Assembly (NCBI GenBank): GCA_045611705.1
Contig: JAZKXR010000006.1
Coordinates: 48,538 to 112,537, forward strand
DNA: 64,000 nucleotides
From: Alphaproteobacteria bacterium
Lineage (GTDB): Bacteria > Pseudomonadota > Alphaproteobacteria > CAAHEQ01 > UBA3637
Direction: 5' to 3'
The notes under the pieces were generated by a model. The model was not told where the DNA came from. It saw only the letters and a program-made list of their open reading frames with translations, and did no database searches. The translations under genes were made by a program, and so were the position numbers. Below, piece by piece: positions 19,482 through 29,179 of this stretch; position 1 is the first letter of the stretch; each line of letters starts with the position of its first letter.

Positions 19482-21779
19482 ATGGCAGACGATCAATATA
19501 AGGAAAAAGACAAATATATTATACATATAATACTTTCCATTCTTTTGGCGTTGTTTTGTTTTTGGATACTTTCTTTATTGGTTTTACCAATCACACATTG
19601 GTTGTTATCAAGTGATTTTTCGTTAATCAGAATTGCTTGGGGATTTTGGTCTGAAGCATTTTTGCACCCCAGTAAAATCATCATCACCTATGCAACATGG
19701 TTAAAAAAATTCAACTCTGTTTCGCCTGTACCGGTGGCCATGTATCTGCCCATTATTCCATTGATTTCAGTTCCAATTATTATATTAGTCGGCATATTTA
19801 CCAATCCATATTCTAATATATCCACCGTGTTTGGCAGCGGCCGTTTGGCATCCTATCGTGATATTAAAAAGATGGGTTTATTTGATGGTTTTTGTTGTGT
19901 TTTGGGTCGGTTTAAGGGGCGTTTATTAAAAATGCCCAACACCTTATCCGCCTTGGTGGTGGCACCTCCGGGAACCGGTAAAACCGCCGGTGTTGTTATT
20001 CCGACCATTTTTGAATCCGATTCTTTAAGTATTATCGTCAATGACGTAAAACCCGAACTATGCTATCAAACATCAGGCTACCGTAATAAAATCGGACCCG
20101 TTTTCATTATCAACTGGGGTGCTCAGGATGAACCGCAAAACGGCGTTTTTTACCCCAGTTGGAATCCTTTATCACCAACAGCATTACCCCCATTGGGACC
20201 GGCCAGAGATATGTATATTGACTCTATGGTGGCCGTTTTAGTTGAAGAACCCAAAGGCGGTGCAGATCCACACTGGTGTAAAACAGGTCGTAATGCCATG
20301 AGTGGTTTTTTACATTTTATTGCCAGCAAATGTGAACGGGCCCGTGCCAACGATTATTTTATCAATAAATTATCCGAAGGTTCTTTTGATCAAGAAGATG
20401 CCAATATTTTGGCCACATACTATGCCGATATGTCGGATAACAGTGCCATGATTGCATTGGATGCTTTAAAAAGGGGGCAATTAAGTTTAAACAATTACGC
20501 CCCTGTTGGTACATGGGAAGGTCTGCCCGAAAACTGGCATGGGCATGAACCATGCATTGCCATGATTTTGGAATGGCTGACCGATATGCAAATGAAAATT
20601 GCCGCTGATATCAAACGCCGTTCCGATGAAGGTGATCAAATGGCCATGATGGCAGACCCCATGAAGGACGTGTTAGATGCAGCCGTGAATGAAAGTAATC
20701 GCTTTGCCTATGCCCGCCGTGCCATTGCCGAATTAAATCAATTGTCCAGTACACCCGACAAAGAACGTGGTTCAATTTTGTCAACCGCCTTGTCCGGAAT
20801 CAGTATTTTTAAAAACGCAGCCGTGAAAGAACGAACAAAATTCAGCGATTTTACTTTCCGTGATTTGCGTGGTATGGTGGATCCGGCCGACGGCAAAATC
20901 AAACCGATTTCCGTTTATTTATCCATTAACCAGGTGGATGCCCGTGCATTGAATGTGATTACGGGTATCTTTGTGGAATTGGTCAGTTCATTTTTGATTG
21001 CCAATCCACCGGGGCATGTGGGTAATGACGGTCAAAAATGTGGTCCCTGCCCTGTTTTGTTTGTATTGGACGAATTCCCGCAAATGCCCAAATTGGATTG
21101 TGTGAAAAACGGTCCTGCGGTCGGTCGTGGACAAAAGGTGGCCTATTTGTTGATTGGCCAGGATTTGGGCCAAATTTCCGGTCAATATGGTAAAGACGAT
21201 TTGGAAACAATTATTTCCACCACAGCCGCCAAAGTTATTTTATCGCAAAACAACGAACAAACAGCCGAACGTTTTGTTAAAATGATTGGTTCAAAAACCA
21301 TTGAAGTTAAAAGTACATCCAAACAAGAAGGCGGCCCGCAAAAAATGTTTGATTTTTCACAAAACGTATCCCGACAATTACAAAAATCGGACGTGGTCAG
21401 TGCTTCGGATATTTTAAGTTTGGACATGTTAAAACAATATGTGTTATTCCAAGGGTTCTTATCGCACCCGATTTTGGCCGATGCCCCGCGTTATTATTTG
21501 GATAAAGGCTTTTTGAAAAAGACTCAGATTCCGGCAGCACCATACATCCCCCAATGGATTGTGGACAGACGCCCACCGGAAAACCAACAACAAATGCCCG
21601 AAGAAAATCAATCGGAACCTGATAACAATCAATTGTCCTCTCAAAATAATATTGCATCACAAAATACATCAACACCGATACAACCTTTGTTGCCACCTCA
21701 GGGACAGGGTGTCTTTACGGCTCCTACATCTGCCCCGACATTTCAACCCCCACCACCTAAGGATGATTTAAATGGCTGA
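19482..21779 (+). CDS. virD4: Type IV secretion coupling protein VirD4/TraG family
   Basis: N-terminal TMs, FGSGRLA, Walker A APPGTGKT + GVVIPT, NDVKPEL, WNPL, Walker B LFVLDEFPQM, GRG...QDLGQI..YG; Pro/Gln-rich tail. Confidence 0.9.
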   Translation: MADDQYKEKDKYIIHIILSILLALFCFWILSLLVLPITHWLLSSDFSLIRIAWGFWSEAFLHPSKIIITYATWLKKFNSVSPVPVAMYLPIIPLISVPIIILVGIFTNPYSNISTVFGSGRLASYRDIKKMGLFDGFCCVLGRFKGRLLKMPNTLSALVVAPPGTGKTAGVVIPTIFESDSLSIIVNDVKPELCYQTSGYRNKIGPVFIINWGAQDEPQNGVFYPSWNPLSPTALPPLGPARDMYIDSMVAVLVEEPKGGADPHWCKTGRNAMSGFLHFIASKCERARANDYFINKLSEGSFDQEDANILATYYADMSDNSAMIALDALKRGQLSLNNYAPVGTWEGLPENWHGHEPCIAMILEWLTDMQMKIAADIKRRSDEGDQMAMMADPMKDVLDAAVNESNRFAYARRAIAELNQLSSTPDKERGSILSTALSGISIFKNAAVKERTKFSDFTFRDLRGMVDPADGKIKPISVYLSINQVDARALNVITGIFVELVSSFLIANPPGHVGNDGQKCGPCPVLFVLDEFPQMPKLDCVKNGPAVGRGQKVAYLLIGQDLGQISGQYGKDDLETIISTTAAKVILSQNNEQTAERFVKMIGSKTIEVKSTSKQEGGPQKMFDFSQNVSRQLQKSDVVSASDILSLDMLKQYVLFQGFLSHPILADAPRYYLDKGFLKKTQIPAAPYIPQWIVDRRPPENQQQMPEENQSEPDNNQLSSQNNIASQNTSTPIQPLLPPQGQGVFTAPTSAPTFQPPPPKDDLNG

Positions 21780-22449
21780 TAACATGACCGAACTGGATGG
21801 ATCCGAATTATACGAAAACTGGGATCAGTTGATGAACAATTCATCCCCGTCTGATGATATGGATACCAACAGTTTGGACGGTTTAATGGAAGGGTTGGAT
21901 TCGGATGCCAAAGACCAAGATTATTGGGTGGATTTATTCCAAAACGAAAACTTTGCCAATATGGAATTGATGTCTGCCAATTATTATCCGCACACCATCA
22001 ATGAAAGCGAATTTCATCAAAAATTAGAAAGTTTAAAACTCGTTTTTTTAAAAGATTTAGTAAAACAATATTTGAATGATTTACGCAGTGCCGATATATC
22101 CGAAGAAAGTATCTTTTATATGTCCAAGGGTATTTTGCCCACCAATTGGACGGTACATTTAAAATATCCTTTGTTATATGGGGGCAAATTAGATATGGAT
22201 AATTTGGTTTTAATTCCAACGCATCCGTTTCACGAATTGATTCATAAATATATCAATCAACAAATTTTAACATCGGCCGGTGTGGGACATCCGCAAAAAC
22301 TATACGTGCCGGTCCCGATGGGAAAAGTTTATATTCCCAATGGGGAAATGACCGGTTCAGGCGGTAAGAAAAAATCAGACCGTTCTACTCAGGCCGGTTT
22401 GAACAGTGCTAATTTGCAACAAATTGCCATTAAAACAGGGGGGCGATAA
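21772..22449 (+). CDS. HNH-like protein (possibly degenerate nuclease toxin) with acidic N-terminus
   Basis: WTVHLKYPLLYGGKLDMDNLVLIPTHPFHELIH resembles the toxin HNH pattern vHHxxPlxxGGxNxxxNLvL...H; overlaps the virD4 stop. Confidence 0.6.
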   Translation: MADNMTELDGSELYENWDQLMNNSSPSDDMDTNSLDGLMEGLDSDAKDQDYWVDLFQNENFANMELMSANYYPHTINESEFHQKLESLKLVFLKDLVKQYLNDLRSADISEESIFYMSKGILPTNWTVHLKYPLLYGGKLDMDNLVLIPTHPFHELIHKYINQQILTSAGVGHPQKLYVPVPMGKVYIPNGEMTGSGGKKKSDRSTQAGLNSANLQQIAIKTGGR

Positions 22450-22895
22450 TGAGTATCAATACAATCTTAAACACCCTGTATCAAAATTATGCCCAATTTT
22501 TTTCGCCGGCACAAATGATGGATATTCAACGCACTTCCATTGCCATGGTCAAAAAAGGATGGATTCAAATACCATCGGATTATATTCAATTTTTGCATGT
22601 GACGGATGGTTTGTCATGGAACGGTTTGGAATTGTTTTCCATTCATGAACACGAAAGGCGGGACACTGTTTTTGGTCAACCGACTTTGTTGGCTTATCAA
22701 ACGGAATATTCGTTAAAACAATTATTCCCTAAATCCTTGATAGTCGGACGTGCAACAGAAGCATTGATTTTATACCGATTGGATTTAAAAGAATATCATA
22801 TTTTGGACAGATATACCTTTGATGTGATTATTAAATTACCACGTCTGACGGACGTATTACACTTTTATGCCAAATCCGTTTTAAGTTCATCATAA
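22449..22895 (+). CDS. SUKH/SMI1-KNR4 (YrhA-like) immunity-family protein
   Basis: IPSDYIQFLHVTDGLSWNGLELFS matches the lPxDYxxFLxxxdG pattern; TAATG coupling to the upstream HNH-like gene. Confidence 0.7.
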   Translation: MSINTILNTLYQNYAQFFSPAQMMDIQRTSIAMVKKGWIQIPSDYIQFLHVTDGLSWNGLELFSIHEHERRDTVFGQPTLLAYQTEYSLKQLFPKSLIVGRATEALILYRLDLKEYHILDRYTFDVIIKLPRLTDVLHFYAKSVLSSS

Positions 22896-23455
22896 ACACG
22901 GCGGATTTCCTGCATATCCTGCCACATCAACCATTTGGGCGAACCTTCTTTGTGGGATGGATTTCTGAGCAAATAAGACGGATGGAAAATCGGCATCATT
23001 TTGGCCCCGTTCGGTCCATCAAACCAATGACCTCGTATTTTTGAAATCCCCTGTTTTGTTTCAATAAATGATGACAATGCCACACGACCGCACAACAAAA
23101 TAATCTTGGGTTTTAAACATGCTAACTGTCTGTTTAAATATTCGCGACAGGCCGATTTTTCTTCGGGCAAAGGATCACGGTTATCAGGCGGGCGACATTT
23201 AATTGTGTTGCAAATATAAATATTTTCTTTTCGTGAAAAACCGACCGATTCCAAAATTTTATCCAACAACTGACCGGCACGCCCCACAAAAGGTTCGCCC
23301 GTCATGTCTTCATTATACCCCGGTGCTTCACCGATTAAAACAATATCCGAATTGGGGACACCGGCCGAAAAGACCACCTTTGTGCGTGTTTTTCCCAATG
23401 GGCAACGCATGCAATTTTGACATTCTGATTTGATTTTTTCTAATTCTTCAAACAT
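22865..23455 (-). CDS. Uracil-DNA glycosylase family 4
   Basis: CxxCxL, IGEAPG, PFVGRAG, KCRPPDNR, HPSYLLR. Confidence 0.92.
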   Translation of the reverse strand: MFEELEKIKSECQNCMRCPLGKTRTKVVFSAGVPNSDIVLIGEAPGYNEDMTGEPFVGRAGQLLDKILESVGFSRKENIYICNTIKCRPPDNRDPLPEEKSACREYLNRQLACLKPKIILLCGRVALSSFIETKQGISKIRGHWFDGPNGAKMMPIFHPSYLLRNPSHKEGSPKWLMWQDMQEIRRVYDELKTDLA

Positions 23456-23486
23456 GTTTTTGTTATACCTTTTTTTATTGTTTATT

Positions 23487-23966
23487 TCAATCAAAAAATT
23501 CATCTGATTTCGGTTGATTCAGGGCTTGTCGTGCGACATCATAGGAAAAGCCGGCACGGGCCAGTTTGGCTAAATCCTTTTGAAAATCACGCCCCAACTT
23601 TTTTTTGCGTACATATAATCGGGCCTGAGCCAAATCATCCGTATCCGAAAATAAAGTTTCAAACATAGCTTCGGAAATGCCTTCCATTTTCAACTTGTTT
23701 TTGATAAAGGTATTTGATTTTCCCGATTGTGATAAACGACGTACCATATTTTCGGCATATCGTGTATCATTGACATAGCCCAAGTTTTGCATTTGTTCAA
23801 TAACCTGTTCCACCCATTCAAAGGCTTCATCCGGCACAGGCATTTCCATTTGAGCTTTTTTAATTCGCCGTGTTAAAACAGCACGCAATTTAACCGTACC
23901 GGCATCATAGCGTTCCAAATAATAAAGGGCAATATTTTTTAATCGTTGCGGTGTTATCTTTTTCAT
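23487..23966 (-). CDS. recX: Regulatory protein RecX
   Basis: ALYYLERY, GYVNDTRYAE, LARAGFSYD. Confidence 0.88.
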   Translation of the reverse strand: MKKITPQRLKNIALYYLERYDAGTVKLRAVLTRRIKKAQMEMPVPDEAFEWVEQVIEQMQNLGYVNDTRYAENMVRRLSQSGKSNTFIKNKLKMEGISEAMFETLFSDTDDLAQARLYVRKKKLGRDFQKDLAKLARAGFSYDVARQALNQPKSDEFFD

Positions 23967-24003
23967 GATTGACAAAATCCTTGATTTGTTTCATAATATA
24001 TCA

Positions 24004-24567
24004 ATGAATATTAAAAAGCAATTACAAAAATGTTTTTTTCTGTTTCTTTTAAGCGGTTGTATGGTGGCACCCATCAATCATTTTGAATCATATTTTCAAG
24101 TTGATCAAAAATATCACTTGCCGGTTCAAAAAATAGCATTAGTATCTAATTTAAAAAAGTTTGATTCCACTCATCATATTGAAAATAGGTTGTCTTTATC
24201 GCCGTATCAGATTGTCCAAAATTGGATAAACAACACTTTTATTATGGGAAAATCAGATTCAGATTTACATTTGATATTAAATAAAGCCGAAATTGTGCGT
24301 GAAGAATTTCCCGCCCAACATTGGTGGCAACCCGATATGGTTCGGGATACCTTGAATTATGACGTTGAATTGGTGCAACGCAAAAACGGAACTTCTCCTT
24401 ATCGGTTAAAAGTTGGGGGTAAACATTATGCCAAAATGAATAAAAAAACATCTTTGGCTGAAAAAGAAAAACAATATGCCAAATTATATGATCAAATGTT
24501 AAATCATATTTTAAATGAAATGCAAAATAATATTCCCCATGTTGTCCCCATATCATCCCAAGATTAA
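24004..24567 (+). CDS. Hypothetical lipoprotein
   Basis: Lipobox LLSGC after MNIKK; promoter directly upstream. Confidence 0.65.
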   Translation: MNIKKQLQKCFFLFLLSGCMVAPINHFESYFQVDQKYHLPVQKIALVSNLKKFDSTHHIENRLSLSPYQIVQNWINNTFIMGKSDSDLHLILNKAEIVREEFPAQHWWQPDMVRDTLNYDVELVQRKNGTSPYRLKVGGKHYAKMNKKTSLAEKEKQYAKLYDQMLNHILNEMQNNIPHVVPISSQD

Positions 24568-26461
24568 ACAGTTAAAACAAGAACTTCAAACAATGTTTGA
24601 TGAAAAGCTCATTTGGGCTTTTGTGGCATTTATGACGGGTATCTTGTTATATTTTTATCATTTTAATCCATTGTGGGCAATGATTGGCTTGACACTTTCT
24701 GTCGGTTCAATGATTTTATTTCGGCAAAAGAATTTGATTTACTTTTTGATGTTTTTAACGACTTTTATAATGGCCGGTATATTGACCACACACTTGCGTT
24801 ATCAGATGGTGGATCATCCCGTTTTAAAACAAAAACTTTCCAATACAATTATTGATGCCACCATTTGGGATAATACCGTTTTGCCCGATAAACAAATTTT
24901 GATTTTACAAAACATCAACTATCCCATTGGCGTATTAAAGCAACCCGATAAAGTTCGTCTGCATTATGATCATTTGGAACCGTTATTACAGGTTGGACAA
25001 CGGGTTCGGTTAAAGGTCAATTTGGTACCACCCGTAACCATCAAAGCACCCTTTCATACATCTCAGGCCAAACGATTATATTTTGAAAAAATCGGTGCTA
25101 TCGGAAAAGTTGTTCAGGTTTTGGAAGTTCGGAATATAAACACAAAGCCAACCATTTTTCAACGCTTACGTCATCAAATTACCGAACGTGTCTTTCAAAT
25201 ACTACCCGAAAATCAGGCCCGCATCATCACGCCCTTGATTACCGGTGAACAAAGATTGGTCAGTCCTGAATTATATCAAATTTATCGCCGTTCAGGGATT
25301 GTCCATGTCTTATCCGTTTCCGGCTTTCATATGGCTTTGTTGGCAAGCTTTTTATTTTTATTGATTCGTGGTTTAGGTGTTTTGTGCGCTCGTTTAACAT
25401 TGTATATCAACACCAAAAAGATTGCCGCTGTTTTTGCTTTAATCGGCACAGGTTTTTATTTGGGGTTATCCAACTTTCAAATACCGGCAGTTCGTTCATA
25501 TTTGATGATTGCCTTAGTGTTTTTTGGGATATTGTTAAACCGTAAAACATTTTCCATTCGCACATTGATTTTGGCGGGTTTTGTCATGTTGATATTTAAT
25601 CCGGAAAATTTAATGTCCATCAGCTTTCAACTTTCGTTTTTATCGGTTTTGATTTTAATTTCCGTTCATGAAAAATTTAAAGAATTATTTGTAGATCGCA
25701 ATAAATACCTGCATCATTTTATGGAATTTTGTGCTTTGAATGTGACGATAACAGTGGGATTAACACCTCTGATTATTTGGCACTTTAATCAATTGACCCC
25801 GTTTAGTATTTTAGGCAATATGGCATTCAGCTTTTTGTTTTCCCTGGTTATCATGCCGTTATTGTTTATCGGATGTTTATTGATGCCATTTGGGGTGGAT
25901 TCTATATTTTTCAAATGGGCAGGATCGGTTATCGGTTGGATTGAGCAAATGGCCGATTGGATTTCAAAATTACCCTTTGCTGAAATCAAATTAGCGTCCT
26001 TTGATGTGGTTGGACTGTGTTTTATTGTCTTGGGTATTGTTTTTATTTGTCTGTGGCAATTTTGGGGTCGTTTGATGGGGGTGTTGCTTATCCTTATCGG
26101 CATAATAATGGGCCTTGCCACAAACTATCCCGTTATGATGGTGGCGGATAAAGGCCAAAGTATTGCCTATATCCAAAATGGTCGTTTTTATACCAATGAA
26201 AATGGTCAAGATTGGATACAAACCTTATGGCAAACCAAATTGGGCTTTAAAGAAAAAGAAAATATAAAAATGGATAAAATAATTGAATTAAAGGGAAAAA
26301 GGATTTCTTTATCACCGGATTATTGCACAAATGCCGATTTTGCCATTATAAAAAATCAAAACATTCAGTGTCGTATTCCATCACTGATTTTAAAAGAAGG
26401 TAAGATTTATTTTATCTATATCCATAAAAATCGTATAGATATTGAAACTTTATCCGAATAA
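24515..26461 (+). CDS. comEC: ComEC/Rec2 competence DNA channel
   Basis: SGIVHVLSVSGFHM, PAVRSYLM, SISFQLSF; many TMs. Confidence 0.9.
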   Translation: MKCKIIFPMLSPYHPKIKQLKQELQTMFDEKLIWAFVAFMTGILLYFYHFNPLWAMIGLTLSVGSMILFRQKNLIYFLMFLTTFIMAGILTTHLRYQMVDHPVLKQKLSNTIIDATIWDNTVLPDKQILILQNINYPIGVLKQPDKVRLHYDHLEPLLQVGQRVRLKVNLVPPVTIKAPFHTSQAKRLYFEKIGAIGKVVQVLEVRNINTKPTIFQRLRHQITERVFQILPENQARIITPLITGEQRLVSPELYQIYRRSGIVHVLSVSGFHMALLASFLFLLIRGLGVLCARLTLYINTKKIAAVFALIGTGFYLGLSNFQIPAVRSYLMIALVFFGILLNRKTFSIRTLILAGFVMLIFNPENLMSISFQLSFLSVLILISVHEKFKELFVDRNKYLHHFMEFCALNVTITVGLTPLIIWHFNQLTPFSILGNMAFSFLFSLVIMPLLFIGCLLMPFGVDSIFFKWAGSVIGWIEQMADWISKLPFAEIKLASFDVVGLCFIVLGIVFICLWQFWGRLMGVLLILIGIIMGLATNYPVMMVADKGQSIAYIQNGRFYTNENGQDWIQTLWQTKLGFKEKENIKMDKIIELKGKRISLSPDYCTNADFAIIKNQNIQCRIPSLILKEGKIYFIYIHKNRIDIETLSE

Positions 26462-26502
26462 ACACTTGACCAAGCAATTAAAATAGCGTATAATATAGCT
26501 GT

Positions 26503-26579
<77 letters not shown>

Positions 26580-26902
26580 ACTGTCAGTCATTGTAAATCA
26601 ATGACTTTTTATTTTTTTGGCAATTTTGTTTTTACCAAGTCCTGCCACTTGCAATTTATGAATTAAATCAATTTTATTGCCTTTTATATTTGTTTTGAAC
26701 GGTTTGTTGCTTTTTGTATTTTTTATACTTGAAAATATTTGTCAAATACGATAAAATTCATTTTAAAATTTAACAAACCTTAAGATTAAAAGGATAAGTT
26801 ATAACGCAAGGTGTTAAAAAAGGATTTTATTAATTTTTATGTTCAAAGAGAAAAACAATAGTTCGAATTTTTTAAAATCCCTGTTTATCGGAGGAAAATA
26901 AA

Positions 26903-28021
26903 ATGAAACACATTAAAAATATTATTGTTGGGGCTGGTTTTTCCGGTGCAACGCTGGCTAACAAGATTGCAACGGAATTAAACGAAGAAGTCGTTGTTAT
27001 AGATGCCAAAAACCATATTGGTGGCAATTGCTACGATTATTATGACGATAATGGTATTTGTATCCATCAATACGGCACTCATATTTTTCATACTAATTTA
27101 AAAAATGTGTGGGATTTTGTAAGTAATTTTACCAAATGGAATCCCTATATGCACGAGGTTAAAGGCTTAATTGACGGACAATTGGTTCCTATTCCGTTTA
27201 ACCTAAACTCCATTCATCAAGTATTTCCTAAATCGATTGTCGATAAATTGGAAACAAAGTTAATTGAAAAATTTGGTTTTAATGTCAAAGTTCCTATTTT
27301 AAAATTGCGTGGTACAGGTGACAAAGACCTAGAATTTTTGGCTGATTACATTTACGAAAAAATCTTTTTGCATTACACATTAAAACAATGGGGAATGAAA
27401 CCGGAAGATTTGGATCCTGCCGTTACCGGACGTGTTCCTGTGTATATCAGTCGGGATAATCGTTATTTTCAAGATAAATATCAAGGCATTCCTTTGCACG
27501 GCTATACCAAAGTTATTGAAAAAATGTTGGATCATCCCAAAATAAAAGTATCATTGAATACACCCTTTAATAAAGTTAAAAATGATATTACCTATGACCG
27601 TTTATTCTATACCGGTCCGATTGATGAATTTTTTGATTACGAATTAGGTGAATTACCATATCGCAGTTTAAAATTTGATTTTGTAGAATTCAATAAGCCT
27701 TATTTTCAATCCGGTGCTTGTATCAATTATCCAAACAATTATGATTTTACAAGAATTGGGGAATATAAATATTTCTTAGACGACAAATCCGACAAGACTG
27801 TTGTATCATTCGAATATCCACAAAATTTTGAAAACGGGAAAAACGAACGATATTACCCGATTGTAAAGGATGAAAATCTGGCTCTTTACAATCGGTATTT
27901 GGAAAAAGCCAAGGAACATCCAAATGTTTATTTTTTGGGACGTTTGGGGGATTATAAATATTATGATATGGATAAAGCAATCGCACGTGCTTTGGAATTA
28001 TTTGAAAGTTTGAAAGGATAA
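26903..28021 (+). CDS. glf: UDP-galactopyranose mutase
   Basis: IVGAGFSG, HIGGNCYD, HQYGTHIFHT, YFQDKYQGIP, LGRLGDYKYYDMD. Confidence 0.96.
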   Translation: MKHIKNIIVGAGFSGATLANKIATELNEEVVVIDAKNHIGGNCYDYYDDNGICIHQYGTHIFHTNLKNVWDFVSNFTKWNPYMHEVKGLIDGQLVPIPFNLNSIHQVFPKSIVDKLETKLIEKFGFNVKVPILKLRGTGDKDLEFLADYIYEKIFLHYTLKQWGMKPEDLDPAVTGRVPVYISRDNRYFQDKYQGIPLHGYTKVIEKMLDHPKIKVSLNTPFNKVKNDITYDRLFYTGPIDEFFDYELGELPYRSLKFDFVEFNKPYFQSGACINYPNNYDFTRIGEYKYFLDDKSDKTVVSFEYPQNFENGKNERYYPIVKDENLALYNRYLEKAKEHPNVYFLGRLGDYKYYDMDKAIARALELFESLKG

Positions 28022-28027
28022 TCAATA

Positions 28028-29179
28028 ATGGATACGAAAAAAATTGCTGTTGTGATATTGGCGTATGCTGATTATGAATCGTTGGAAGTTTCATTAGCGG
28101 CCCACATGAAATTTGCCCAGCCCGGAGTTAAATATTATATTTTACAAAATGGACGAGGCACATATGATACTGAAAAAACTTACCGAGTAGCCCAAAGATA
28201 TCATTATCTTTTTCCCAACCAAGTTGAAGTGGTGGATTGGATAAAACCACAACCCCCTTACCATTCAATAAAAGAATTGCTCAACAGTCCAACCATGGCT
28301 CAATATGATTACATTTGTAAGACAGATGATGACGTTTTTCCTGTAACAGAAAATTGGTTGGAAAATTTATTTCAGTGTTATGAGGAATCACACCAAAAAT
28401 ATGGTGAAGAATTAGCCTATGTCTCTGCTTTGGTTAATAATCATTATTCCGGATTTGAAAAAATATTGGACTTTATGGGATTGAAACAAAAATACTTAGA
28501 CGAAGTTGCTCGTGAACATTTAATCGGGTTTGACAGTGATGGCTTTTTAAAAGAACAAATTTATCCAAAAGAGAAAATATATTCTGGTGGAGCCGGAACA
28601 ATTATGCGTTATCCCTATATCGCAAGATGGTTACATACACACACAACGTTAAATGTTCCTGAATATGTTAATAAATGTACCCATCAAGCCGATTTTGAAT
28701 TTGATTCAGAACAACGAATGTCTATCAATTGTATTTTATTCAAAAGAGATTTTTGGAATATCGTGGAAAATGCTTCTATTCACGAAGATGAACATAGAAT
28801 GCACATGTGGTGTAAAAAAAATCACCCACATATTATTGTCTGTCCAAAAGCATTAATGGTGCATTTATTATATAATTCACATCGTGAAGAAAATAAAGAT
28901 ATGATGCCGCAAATTAAAGCTTATTATCAAAAATTTTTAAATTTGAATTATCCTATTTCTATTTGCTCTGATATTCGTTATGAAAATGAAGCACGATTAC
29001 GTTGGATTGAAAATAAGTTAAATACTCTAACCACGAAAACTGAATCAAAATTTAAAGAAAAATTTTACCTGTTCGGATGTATTCCTTTTGTTTGTAAAAA
29101 ACAGACAGATGGAAAAGTTTTATATTTATTATTCAATTTCATTCCATTATTAAAAATCAAAAGGAGAAAAAAATGCTGA
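28028..29179 (+). CDS. GT-A fold glycosyltransferase with C-terminal LFGxIP-type repeats
   Basis: AVVILAY, YICKTDDDVF (DxD), SINCI; located in the glf operon. Confidence 0.7.
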   Translation: MDTKKIAVVILAYADYESLEVSLAAHMKFAQPGVKYYILQNGRGTYDTEKTYRVAQRYHYLFPNQVEVVDWIKPQPPYHSIKELLNSPTMAQYDYICKTDDDVFPVTENWLENLFQCYEESHQKYGEELAYVSALVNNHYSGFEKILDFMGLKQKYLDEVAREHLIGFDSDGFLKEQIYPKEKIYSGGAGTIMRYPYIARWLHTHTTLNVPEYVNKCTHQADFEFDSEQRMSINCILFKRDFWNIVENASIHEDEHRMHMWCKKNHPHIIVCPKALMVHLLYNSHREENKDMMPQIKAYYQKFLNLNYPISICSDIRYENEARLRWIENKLNTLTTKTESKFKEKFYLFGCIPFVCKKQTDGKVLYLLFNFIPLLKIKRRKKC

